Assembly (NCBI GenBank): GCA_031414535.1
Contig: JANNVQ010000034.1
Coordinates: forward strand, 30,594 to 94,593
Origin: Gemmatimonas sp.
GTDB lineage: Bacteria > Gemmatimonadota > Gemmatimonadetes > Gemmatimonadales > Gemmatimonadaceae
Direction of reading: 5' to 3'
Length of the DNA: 64,000 bases
The translations under genes were made by a program, and so were the position numbers. How positions within the stretch are numbered: position 1 is the stretch's first letter; the number at the start of each line of letters is the position of its first letter. Of the stretch, positions 48,301-56,811 are shown piece after piece. The notes beneath the pieces are model-generated. The model saw only the letters and a program-made list of their open reading frames with translations. It did no database searches and was not told the DNA's origin.

Positions 48301-50693
48301 GCACTTCGTTGCGCAACACCCCTAGCATTCAATACACCAACGTCGAGTTCTACACGAGCTATGCGCTATCCGATTCGCTGATGCTCAGCGGCTATGCGTA
48401 TGCGAGCGGCGCTGGCGTCGTTCTCGACCTCAACGGCCGCAAGCTTCGCGCGCCAAGCGGCCTCAACTTCGACGCCAACGCCACTGGGCGGATGGTCAAC
48501 GTCGCCGACAGCTTGATTGTCGGCAATGGCGCCAATGGCACGCAGTCATTGCTCTGGGACAGCGGCACGAGCGGCACCGTGAGTGCTGGCACCATCATGG
48601 TGTTCGGTGGTACGACAACGATGAGCTCGTTTAACGCGACGGGCACCAACCGCGTGGTGTACACTGACACCTCGTTCACCATAGCGACACGCTCGTCGCC
48701 TATCAACGGCGGCGGCACCTTCCGGCGGCTCACCATCCGCGGTCAGGCGCAGTACACCGTGTTCAACAACTTCAGCACGGTTGTTGTCACGGACTCGCTG
48801 CGCGTGGAAAGCGGCACCTTCCAGCTCAACGGCGCAAGCGTCACGGTCAGTGATGGCGGTGGACAGGGCGTCCTTCTCGTGGGATCAACGGCCGTCCTCA
48901 ACTCCCTGAACAACGGCGCACTCAATCTCGGCTCGCCCGTGGGTACCTCGCTCGTTGCAGCGGGCGCGGTGTTCTCCCCGTACATCACTCGTTTCCAATC
49001 TACCAACCCAGTCGTGAATCCGGCGCTCGCCTATCAGAACGTCGAGTTTTATGGGCCGGTCACGTTCAGCGGCAACACGAACATCGCGGGCTATCTGTAC
49101 GCGCAGAATGCCGGTGCCGGCGTGAGCTTGGGCGGGAATCGAGTCAATGTTGGCGCAGGTGTTGATATGGGCACGAGCGCCTTCTTGGTGATGACGAACG
49201 CCGCAGACACACTCGACGTCGGGGCTGACTTGGCGGTTGATGGAGGCCCTCCTTCGACGATGACGGCCGGCGTGGTGCTCTTCCGCGGCAACACGCTCAC
49301 CGGCACCGACTACAATGCGGTCGCGCCGCACCGCACAGTGTTCTTGGGCACGACCGGCGCGCCGCAAACTGTGAACGGCAATACCGCATTCGGCCGCGTG
49401 GAGGTTGCTGGCGGTCGCGGGTTCAACGCGAACTTCTCCACCTACACGGTGGCTGACAGCTTCGTGGTTTCTACTGCTGTGCCAATTGTCGGCGGCGGAG
49501 GATTCCTCACCATCAATGGCCCGCTGGTCGCGAGTGCGCCGATTGCGATTTCAGCCGCCAACATGCGACTTCGTCACGCCAGCGGTACGCAGAACCTGCA
49601 GCCGGGTACCACGTTCAGCGCTGGTACCGTCTACCTGTCGCAGGTCTCCGGTCTGCCAACGTCCCTGCGTCCGGGACTGACCTACAACGCTTTGGCGATC
49701 GAGTCCCCAGTCACCCTCACCGGACCAGTTGGTGTGGCAGGCAATCTCTCGGTGGGCAACGGACTGAATCCGTCCCTGACCTTGAATGGCCAAACCATCA
49801 CGGTCGCAGGACAGGTTGACGTGGTCACCAACGGACGCCTCATAATGAACAACGCGGCAGACCTCTTCCGGACCACGGGCACGGCGCAATTCTACATTCA
49901 GGGGTCCGCTGGTACCGGCGACCTGTCCGCCGGCACGATTGAAGTGTCCGGCGACTTCTACCCGTACGATGTCGAGCATGCCATGAGCGGCACGCACCGC
50001 GTCTTGTTGACGCGCGACGATACGCGAACTCAGATTGTGCAACAGAGCGGTGGTGTTCCGATATTCAATCTTGAGGTCGGTGGTAACGGCTCCCGGACTA
50101 TCCAGTTCCAGCAAGCTCAGACAGTGAATGGCACTTTCACCGTCACCTCACCCGCGGTAGTCACGATCAACCAGAACACCACTTGGGATCTGACCGTGAA
50201 CGGCGCGATGTCCGCTCCGGCGACAACCACTTGGTCGCTACCCGGATCCCTGCGAGTTAATGCGGCTTCGGGCATCGATAGTCTAGCTGGCACGGTGACC
50301 ATCGGGTCGAACAACAACGTAAGCGGACTCGTGATCGGTGGTGCCGGGCTCAATCAGACGGTGCCTACTGACCCGCGGTATACGATTCGAAATCTCAACG
50401 TACTAGCCGGTGCCTCCGCGACCATCGGTGCCGGAACGCGGCGCATCGGTACCGGCACGACCGGCTCGCTGACGGTAAGCGGTACGCTCACCATTCCCAA
50501 CGGCAGCACGCTTCAGACTTGCCGCTCCGACAATGGAGGTCTGGCGGGAGGTACGGCGTTGGCGCCGGCGCTCATCCAAAGCCCAGGAGGCGGTATCCTG
50601 CAGTTGCGCATGCCGGGACCGATCGGCAGCACTTCCTTCCTTGGTACCACACCTCTCGTTGCCGTTCAGTTTGGTGTCACCGCAGGCTGCTAA
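45309..50693 (+). CDS. Large surface lipoprotein / adhesin-like protein with six ~220-aa repeats
   Basis: Lipobox AVGC, shared N-terminal module, W.GG...SW..PNNW.P..VP...D.V.I cap, repeated M.N.AD.L.V / AGT..V.G / GTH motifs. Confidence 0.8.
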   Translation: MKPAIARRLLSALFVVTAFAVGCRDGMPTGPNPIPPGSGRLSVVAQFELNTATNLVIEVSAPDIPQPLVFNLDIVNGTASGSVTIPAGANRLIVVRAFDGRTETHRGSRTVTIVEGVNAPLSMQLLPLAGTVPVTVSFGVAVVSVTPLTWSLPVDSTVAFAATVMDATGAMQATPIVRWASTDTRKLTIDSTGRATARDTGTVMVVAVSGGAAGRGTVTVTPGLGGGIVPPSFQRTWVGGNGSGGSQTSWINPNNWTPAAVPTANDSVVIGAAAFQPVLPYNVDTLRVRDLTLLTGANLGLYYSVLSVVGGNLSGSGGGTNPALPGTIRLVGNARLRGAVNAPVQVQGGGTVTLADSARVLSVAISGTSTVLDLAGRKLVITGTGTTLHVFADGLLRMNNPADTLDVAGNVYIQASAAAHAGNLTAGTFIVRGTIQDGNRYEASGTHQTVFAGDAGTIATQAVNGFDANARPANALQNVVVSGTSVWSHCSPRLRVRGSFAVTTATTITACTAYTMNVDGPLTMPAGSTLSAYGVVLGDVSGTAGVNGAVASDFLTFSALNPQVRAGLAYRGLTFQRSVSIADSIRTTGLVTIDGSGSVLDVATPAGRAATFGAFTLSNGAAFAMTQASDSLVVGGALTANSSADLSPTLTAGTLRVAGTISGSDFGSTGTHLTVLDGASATTFQDINSFDSNSRPTNVFRNLTIANTGIGVRSCSPNFRIRGAFRVTGASNYSTCTSYFTRVDSLLATDAGTSVTAYGFTLANANGTQDVLGTWTPEFTDFVVPNQTVRAALAYRNIRFFASNTLPPGLAATNSLLVDGATAVLTLSDGRATTAAFTTQTGARFFMNAGDTLRVTGAVNLNGALSAPSGGVLEIEAAFNGTGYAPIGTHELRLRGPGVHNLNGINDRPLPILRVVSGSAFLNFINVVVQDSLLLSAGTGLSSPSGYFLTVRGRLQTAVGSTMTPHGVALEGTATTQLVDGGFAPTIVRVVGPGTGPGTSLRNTPSIQYTNVEFYTSYALSDSLMLSGYAYASGAGVVLDLNGRKLRAPSGLNFDANATGRMVNVADSLIVGNGANGTQSLLWDSGTSGTVSAGTIMVFGGTTTMSSFNATGTNRVVYTDTSFTIATRSSPINGGGTFRRLTIRGQAQYTVFNNFSTVVVTDSLRVESGTFQLNGASVTVSDGGGQGVLLVGSTAVLNSLNNGALNLGSPVGTSLVAAGAVFSPYITRFQSTNPVVNPALAYQNVEFYGPVTFSGNTNIAGYLYAQNAGAGVSLGGNRVNVGAGVDMGTSAFLVMTNAADTLDVGADLAVDGGPPSTMTAGVVLFRGNTLTGTDYNAVAPHRTVFLGTTGAPQTVNGNTAFGRVEVAGGRGFNANFSTYTVADSFVVSTAVPIVGGGGFLTINGPLVASAPIAISAANMRLRHASGTQNLQPGTTFSAGTVYLSQVSGLPTSLRPGLTYNALAIESPVTLTGPVGVAGNLSVGNGLNPSLTLNGQTITVAGQVDVVTNGRLIMNNAADLFRTTGTAQFYIQGSAGTGDLSAGTIEVSGDFYPYDVEHAMSGTHRVLLTRDDTRTQIVQQSGGVPIFNLEVGGNGSRTIQFQQAQTVNGTFTVTSPAVVTINQNTTWDLTVNGAMSAPATTTWSLPGSLRVNAASGIDSLAGTVTIGSNNNVSGLVIGGAGLNQTVPTDPRYTIRNLNVLAGASATIGAGTRRIGTGTTGSLTVSGTLTIPNGSTLQTCRSDNGGLAGGTALAPALIQSPGGGILQLRMPGPIGSTSFLGTTPLVAVQFGVTAGC

Positions 50694-50696
50694 TCC

Positions 50697-50727
50697 AAAG
50701 CCCCCTCGCCGCTCCGGCGAGGGGGCT
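50697..50727. terminator. Hairpin between the convergent adhesin-like and fdh genes
   Basis: AGCCCCCTCGCCG-CTC-CGGCGAGGGGGCT; reads into TTTGGATT on the minus strand. Confidence 0.7.
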
Positions 50728-50760
50728 ACACCGAAGCGACTACACCGAAGCGACTACACC
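50726..50760. repeat. 14-bp tandem repeat (2.5 copies)
   Basis: CTACACCGAAGCGA x2 plus CTACACC; spans the fdh stop codon. Confidence 0.85.
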
Positions 50761-53715
50761 CACCGCCGGAACCACCGCTTCAATCCGCACCGCGCAAACC
50801 TTGAACTCGGGAATGCCGGCCGTCTTATCCAGCACCGGGTTCGTCAGCAGGTTCGCCGCCGCCTCGCGGTAATGCATCGGCACAAACACCTGCCGACGCG
50901 CCACACGCTCAGACACCCGCACCGCGATGCGGATGCTGTTGCGGCGAGAGGTTATGGACACCTCGTCTCCATCGCGCACGCCAAGCTCCGCGGCGTCCGC
51001 TGGATTGATCTCCACCGTCGCCGTGCTCTCCCGCGCGTCCAGTGCCTGCGAGCGCCGCGTCATCGAACCCGTGTGCCAGTGATACATCTGGCGCCCGGTG
51101 TTCATAAAAAACGGAAACTCCGCATCCGGCAGCTCAGAGGGCGGTAAGTACTCCACCGCCACCAGCGTCGCGCGGCCATCCGGCGTTGGGAACTGGTCGT
51201 CAAACAAAAAATCCGTCCCCTCGTGCGAAGCATCCGGCACAGGGTACTGCAATCCCCCCACGCGCTCAGCCAATCGCGCGTGCGACACGCCTCGCCAACT
51301 CGGCGTCACTCGCGCAATCTCCTCAAACACTTCCGCCGGTGTGTTATACGGCGAGGGCACGCCCAACCGCCGCGAGAGATCGAGCACGATATCCAAATCT
51401 GAGCGCGCCAGTCCCGGTGGATTCACCGCCTTCCGCGAGAGCTGGATGCGACGCTCCGTATTCACGAAGGTGCCATCCTTCTCCGCAAACGAAGAACCCG
51501 GCAGCACCACATCCGCCGCGCGCGCGGTCTCCGTCAAAAAGAGATCCTGCACCACGAGGAACTCCAGTCCGTGAAACCACTCCTCGGCCTGCGCGATGTC
51601 GGGATCAGAGAGCACGGGGTTCTCGCCCATCACGTAGAGCCCACGCACGGCTGAGCCCTCGTGCGCAAACTCGGTGACCTTGAGGCCCACGTTCGGGTCG
51701 AGTCGCTCAACGGGGACGCCCCACGCCGCGGCGTACTCCGCCCGCACCTCTGGATCGTCCACGCGACGATAGTCGGTGAACGCAAACGGAATCGCGCCCA
51801 TATCGCTCGAGCCCTGCACGTTGTTCTGGCCACGAATCGGAATCATCGGCGCACCCCAGCGCCCAATCATGCCGCAGGCCAGCATCAGGTTGAGCAAGGA
51901 CGTCACGATGTCCGTGCCCGTATGATGCTGCGTCAGGCCCATCGCCCAGAGTGTAGCCGAGTCGGGGCCACGAGCATACAGCTCTGCGGCACGTCGGATG
52001 TCAGCGGCTGGCACGCCGCAAATGCTCTCGGCGAGTTCCGGCGTGTAGCGCGCCACCGCCGCGCGAAGATCGTCGAACCCCTGGGTACGCACCGCGATGA
52101 ACGCCTTGTCCTCGAGGCCCAGCGCAAGGATGTGGTGCAGCATCGCATTCAACAGCGCCACATCGGTGCCCGGCGTCAACTGCAGATGGATGTCCGCCCG
52201 TGCCGCGAGCTCGATGCGCCGCGGATCGGCCACAATCAGCTTGGCCCCACGCTTCAGCGCGCGCTTGATCGCCGCCCCGAACACCGGATGGCTCTCGGTC
52301 GTGTTGGCACCAAGAATGAAAATCACATCCGATTCGTGCTCCACCTCGCGCATGGAGCCCGATGCCGCCGACGTCGAGATGGCCCGTTGCATCGCGCTCA
52401 CCGAAGACGCGTGGCAGAGCCGCGTGCAGTGGTCCACGTTGTTCGTGCTCAAGCCCGCACGGAACAACTTCATCAGCACGTAGTTCTCTTCATTCGCGCA
52501 CTTGGCGGATTGCAGTACGGCGAGGCTGCGCGGGCCCTGCGTGTCACGGAGATGGGCCAACTGCTGTGCCGTCAGCTCCATCGCCTCTTCCCACGTGGCC
52601 TCGCGGAACGGTGCGAGCCAATCCGCCGGCGTGGCCAATCGGTCGCGCGGATCGCCGAGCACCGGGTTCGCAACGCTCTCTGCGCCGCCGTCCGCGCGAC
52701 GCCGAAATGGATTCGTGCGCGGGCGGTGCGTAGGGTCGTGTTCGTCCTCCACGTTGCTCCATGGGCCGCTGCGCTTTGGCCACTTCGCCGCCTCTGGATG
52801 CGAGGAATCAAAGCGCCAGGTACCCTGCGCATCGCGCATCCACCCGTGACGAATGAGCGGCGTCGTGAGCCGGTCCTTGTGCAGCACGAAGTCCGTGCCG
52901 AAGCGCCCCTTCACGCAGGTGCTGCCCTGATTCGGCGTGTCCTCCTCGATCCACGGCGACTTCACGCGCGTCACCTGGCCGTCGCGCACCTCAAGATCGA
53001 GCTGGCAACCCACCGCGCAGTACGGGCACACGGAGCGCACGGTCTCCACCGGTTTGTCCATCGTGCCCGCCTTCATGCGTGCCAGCGGCAGGATGTCGTG
53101 AATCGCACCTGTTGGGCAAACACGTACACATTCTCCGCACCAGGTGCAGCCGGCGTGCTCGGGATTCCCATCTGCGCCCACGATGATCTGCGCGTGCTCG
53201 CCGCGCTCGGCCACTTCCAGCACGCCCACCACCTGAATGTCTTCGCAGGCCCGCACGCAGCGCGTGCAGAGGATGCAGGTGGACATGTCGTGCGTGATGA
53301 TGTGGTCCGTTGGCCGCTCATCGCCCCTGCGCAGCGGGAGCTCTGTGGAGCGCGTGAGCGGCACCTGGTAGCGATGCACCAGCGCCTCAAACTCATTGCG
53401 GCCACGGTCCGCGGGAATCGCTTCAACAGGATAGCGCTCAAGCAACAGCGAGAGCACGCCCTGACGGTTCTTCACCGCCGCCTGTGACTCTGTGTGCACC
53501 ACCATCCCTTCGGCCGCCGCCGTCGCGCAGGACGGGAGCAACTTGCCCGTGCCGTCAACGCTGACGAGACAGATCCGACAATTGCCCACCGTCGGCAGCT
53601 GGGGGTACCAGCACAGCGTGGGTACATCAATGCCGGCAGCACGCGCGGCATCGAGAATGGTGGCTCCCGCGGCGACCGAGCATTCACGGCCATCGATGGT
53701 CAGCTTCAGGCTCAC
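50740..53715 (-). CDS. Formate dehydrogenase alpha subunit (FdhF/FdsA-like molybdopterin oxidoreductase)
   Basis: 2Fe-2S PTLC..CRIC..C; CILCTRCVRAC and CTWCGECVRVCPTGA; CPYCAVGC; active site RLCH; RGQNNVQG; PEFKVCAV; start GTG 53715 after GGAG. Confidence 0.92.
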   Translation of the reverse strand: MSLKLTIDGRECSVAAGATILDAARAAGIDVPTLCWYPQLPTVGNCRICLVSVDGTGKLLPSCATAAAEGMVVHTESQAAVKNRQGVLSLLLERYPVEAIPADRGRNEFEALVHRYQVPLTRSTELPLRRGDERPTDHIITHDMSTCILCTRCVRACEDIQVVGVLEVAERGEHAQIIVGADGNPEHAGCTWCGECVRVCPTGAIHDILPLARMKAGTMDKPVETVRSVCPYCAVGCQLDLEVRDGQVTRVKSPWIEEDTPNQGSTCVKGRFGTDFVLHKDRLTTPLIRHGWMRDAQGTWRFDSSHPEAAKWPKRSGPWSNVEDEHDPTHRPRTNPFRRRADGGAESVANPVLGDPRDRLATPADWLAPFREATWEEAMELTAQQLAHLRDTQGPRSLAVLQSAKCANEENYVLMKLFRAGLSTNNVDHCTRLCHASSVSAMQRAISTSAASGSMREVEHESDVIFILGANTTESHPVFGAAIKRALKRGAKLIVADPRRIELAARADIHLQLTPGTDVALLNAMLHHILALGLEDKAFIAVRTQGFDDLRAAVARYTPELAESICGVPAADIRRAAELYARGPDSATLWAMGLTQHHTGTDIVTSLLNLMLACGMIGRWGAPMIPIRGQNNVQGSSDMGAIPFAFTDYRRVDDPEVRAEYAAAWGVPVERLDPNVGLKVTEFAHEGSAVRGLYVMGENPVLSDPDIAQAEEWFHGLEFLVVQDLFLTETARAADVVLPGSSFAEKDGTFVNTERRIQLSRKAVNPPGLARSDLDIVLDLSRRLGVPSPYNTPAEVFEEIARVTPSWRGVSHARLAERVGGLQYPVPDASHEGTDFLFDDQFPTPDGRATLVAVEYLPPSELPDAEFPFFMNTGRQMYHWHTGSMTRRSQALDARESTATVEINPADAAELGVRDGDEVSITSRRNSIRIAVRVSERVARRQVFVPMHYREAAANLLTNPVLDKTAGIPEFKVCAVRIEAVVPAVGVVASV

Positions 53716-53751
53716 AGCAAACTCCGGCGGGGGGTCCGAGTGTCTGAACGT

Positions 53752-53766
53752 TGGCACAGCCGTCGC
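53752..53766 (+). promoter_or_regulatory. Candidate sigma-54 (-24/-12) promoter for the tldD operon
   Basis: TGGCAC-AGCCG-TCGC: GG-N10-GC spacing, one mismatch to TGGCAC-N5-TTGC. Confidence 0.35.
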
Positions 53767-53830
53767 GCGTACACAATGTGTTACGCCGTATATTGGCACG
53801 AGGTTGAATCTCCCCTATTGAGGGTTTCGC

Positions 53831-55441
53831 GTGAGCACCTCCCGTCGTGATTTCCTGCGGACGTCTGCCGCTGCAGCCGCCGCCGCATCCTTGATTGCCT
53901 CCGAGCGTGCGCACGCGGCGCAGCCAGCGTTCTCCGGCCAGAGCGACCATCGCGAACTCGCCGTGCGCGCCATTGATGCCGCTCGCGCCGCTGGCGCGCA
54001 GTACGCGGACTGCCGCATTTCTTCAGCCCGCTCCCAGAACATCGGCACGCGCGAACGCCGCGTCACCAACATCGGCGACAACGAAACCTTCGGATTCGGC
54101 GTGCGCGTGATGGTCGAGGGCACCTGGGGCTTCGCCGCCTCCAGCGAACTCACCGCCGACGAAGTCGCCCGCGTTGCCCGTCAGGCGGTCGCGCAGGCCC
54201 GCGCGAATCGCCGCGCTATGGTGAAGCCGCTCGAACTGGCTCCTATCCATCACCCCCCGGTGCCGAATGGAGTCTGGCGCTCGCCCGTGCGCATTGATCC
54301 CTTCACCGTCGCCATCGAAGACAAGGTCGCGTATCTCATCGACGCGAACGCCGCGGCCATGGCCGCCGGCGCGCGCTTCGTGAACTCGCAGATGTTCTTC
54401 TTGAAGGACGAGAAGACCTTCGCGAGCACCGAAGGCACCGTCACACAGCAGACCATCTTCCGCGCTCAGCCCGGCATGACCGTCACGATGGTCTCCGCCG
54501 ACAACCGCGACTTCCAGACGCGCCAAAGCACTGACATCCAGCCCAAGGGATTGGGCTACGAGCACGTCCTCGACTCCGACATGAAGGCGCACGCCGCCCG
54601 CTGGGTCGAGGAAGCACGCCAGAAGCTCACGGCCAAGCCGGTGGAAGTCGGCCGCTATGACCTCGTGCTGCATCCCACCCACCTCTGGCTCACCATCCAC
54701 GAGGCCATCGCACATCCCACGGAACTCGATCGCGCCTATGGATTCGAAGCCAACTACGCCGGCACCAGCTTCCTGAGCCCGCCAGAGCAGATGCTCGGCA
54801 AGTTCAAGTACGGTCCCGAGTTCATGAACGTCGTCGCCGATCGCTCCGCGGCCGGTTCGCTCTCCGCCTGCGGTTGGGACGACGAAGGTGTCGCACCCGA
54901 GAGCTTCCACATCATCAAGAACGGCATCTTCGTGGACTACCAGACCACCCGCGAACAGGCGATGTGGCTGGATTGGTGGTACAAGTCACAGAACATGCCC
55001 ACGCGCTCGCACGGCTGCTCCTACGCGCAGACCTGGGCGGACGTGCAGTTCCAGCGCATGCCCAACGTGAACCTCATGCCCGGCGAGCGCGACATCGTCT
55101 GGGACGACATGATCGCCGCCACCGAGAACGGCATCGCCATCATCGGCGACGGCTCGTTCTCCATTGACCAGCAGCGCTACAACGCACAGTTCGGTGGTCA
55201 GCTGTTCTATGAAATCAAGAACGGCAAAATCACCGGCATGCTCAAGGACGTAGCCTACCAGATCCGCACGCCGGAGTTCTGGAACGCCATGGACATGATC
55301 GGCGGCCCACGCAGCTACGAGCTCGGCGGCGCCTTCGGCGACGGCAAGGGTCAGCCCGCGCAGTCCAACGCCGTCTCGCACGGCTGCCCGCCAACCCGAC
55401 ACAAGCAAGTGAACGTGATCAACACCGGGAGGAACGCGTAA
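53831..55441 (+). CDS. TldD family metalloprotease with a twin-arginine signal peptide (copy 1)
   Basis: SRRDFLR...AHA signal; GFGVRV..GTWGFA; HEAIAH; DDEG; QRMPNV. Confidence 0.92.
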   Translation: MSTSRRDFLRTSAAAAAAASLIASERAHAAQPAFSGQSDHRELAVRAIDAARAAGAQYADCRISSARSQNIGTRERRVTNIGDNETFGFGVRVMVEGTWGFAASSELTADEVARVARQAVAQARANRRAMVKPLELAPIHHPPVPNGVWRSPVRIDPFTVAIEDKVAYLIDANAAAMAAGARFVNSQMFFLKDEKTFASTEGTVTQQTIFRAQPGMTVTMVSADNRDFQTRQSTDIQPKGLGYEHVLDSDMKAHAARWVEEARQKLTAKPVEVGRYDLVLHPTHLWLTIHEAIAHPTELDRAYGFEANYAGTSFLSPPEQMLGKFKYGPEFMNVVADRSAAGSLSACGWDDEGVAPESFHIIKNGIFVDYQTTREQAMWLDWWYKSQNMPTRSHGCSYAQTWADVQFQRMPNVNLMPGERDIVWDDMIAATENGIAIIGDGSFSIDQQRYNAQFGGQLFYEIKNGKITGMLKDVAYQIRTPEFWNAMDMIGGPRSYELGGAFGDGKGQPAQSNAVSHGCPPTRHKQVNVINTGRNA

Positions 55442-56811
55442 TGGCCCCGAATTCGCTCCGCGCCATCGCGCGCCATATGTCCCGCGCCGAGGCGGAATCC
55501 ATCTGCAAGCGCGTGCTCGAGATGTCCACGGCCGACGAGTGCCGCGTGACCATCAATTCCGGTGTCCGCGCCAACACGCGCTTCGCGCAGAACCAAGTTT
55601 CCACCGCCGGCGACAATTACAACGCATCGGTGACCATTCGTTCGGTGTTCGGCAAGCGTGTGGCCAACACCACCGTCAATAGGCTTGACGAAGCCTCGCT
55701 GCGCCAAGCGGTGCAGAACGCCGAGCGCATTGCGCGGCTCGCGCCAGAAGATCCCGAGTTGCTGCCTGAACTGGGGCCCCAGTCCTACGACACCGACATC
55801 GTCTGGAACGACGCCACGGCCTCGCTTGAGCCTGAGGCTCGCGCCGATGCTGTGCGCCAGATCACAGAGCGTGCTCGTGCCGCTGGGTTAATCAGCACCG
55901 GCTATCTCGAGGCGCAGGCCCAGTCCTTCGCGATCGCCAACTCGCGTGGCTTGTTCGCCTATCAGCGTCAGACGGCCGTGGCCTTCACGACCACCGTGCG
56001 CACGGCGGACGGGCAGGGCAGCGGCTGGGCTGGTGCCTCCGACAATGACTTCGCTCGCATTGACCCGCGTGCGCTCGCGGAACGCGCCATCGAGAAGGCG
56101 CAACGCTCGGTGAACGCCGCCGCGGTTGAGCCGGGTCGCTATACCGTGGTGCTCGAGCCCACAGCCGCCGCGAATCTCGTGCAGCTCATCGGTGGCGCAC
56201 TCGGCGCCCGAAACGCCGACGAAGGCCGTTCGTTCTTCTCCAAGGCCGGCGGTGGAAACAAGATTGGCGAGAAAGTCGTAGACGAGCGCGTGAACCTGCG
56301 CTCCAATCCTCTCGATCTGCGCGTGCCGGCCAACACCGTTGGCGGCGATGGCTTGCCCGCCAAGCCCGTGAATTGGATTGAGAACGGCGTGGTAAAGAAT
56401 CTCGCCTATGATCGCTTTTGGGCCCAGCGTACTGGCAGGGAACCCACAGGACAGTCCGGCACGCTGCAGATGGACGGCGGCAACGAGACTCTCGAGTCCA
56501 TGATTGCCTCCACCCAGCGCGGTCTGCTGGTCACCCGGTTTTGGTACATCCGCCCGGTAGATCCGCGTACCATTCTGTTCACGGGCCTCACGCGTGACGG
56601 CACCTTCCTCATCGAGAACGGCCGCGTCACGCGCCCGGTGAAGAACCTGCGCTACAACGAGTCGCCAATCTTCATGCTCAACAACCTCATGGCCATGGGC
56701 CGCCCCGAGCGCGTGAGCGCGTCGGAGTCTGGCGGACCCGGTCAGGCCATCATGATTCCGCCCATGAAAGTGCGGGACTTCAACTTCACCAGCACGAGTG
56801 ACGCCATCTAA
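55441..56811 (+). CDS. PmbA/TldE family partner subunit (copy 1)
   Basis: TRFA.N, EPGRYTVVLEP, GLLVTRFWYIR, TGLTRDGTFLIENG, NLRYNESP; no HExxxH, no signal peptide. Confidence 0.88.
   Translation: MAPNSLRAIARHMSRAEAESICKRVLEMSTADECRVTINSGVRANTRFAQNQVSTAGDNYNASVTIRSVFGKRVANTTVNRLDEASLRQAVQNAERIARLAPEDPELLPELGPQSYDTDIVWNDATASLEPEARADAVRQITERARAAGLISTGYLEAQAQSFAIANSRGLFAYQRQTAVAFTTTVRTADGQGSGWAGASDNDFARIDPRALAERAIEKAQRSVNAAAVEPGRYTVVLEPTAAANLVQLIGGALGARNADEGRSFFSKAGGGNKIGEKVVDERVNLRSNPLDLRVPANTVGGDGLPAKPVNWIENGVVKNLAYDRFWAQRTGREPTGQSGTLQMDGGNETLESMIASTQRGLLVTRFWYIRPVDPRTILFTGLTRDGTFLIENGRVTRPVKNLRYNESPIFMLNNLMAMGRPERVSASESGGPGQAIMIPPMKVRDFNFTSTSDAI

Noticed and set aside
52400..52440. Selenocysteine recoding in formate dehydrogenase
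   Set aside because: The active-site codon is Cys (RLCH) and the frame has no internal TGA.
51661..53487. Long opposite-strand ORFs such as 51661-53487, 20733-22307 and 36419-37354
   Set aside because: They lie antisense to well-supported genes and have no recognisable motifs, as expected for shadow ORFs in GC-rich DNA.
53794..53808. Second sigma-54 site TGGCACGAGGTTGAA
   Set aside because: It lacks GC at the required GG-N10-GC position.
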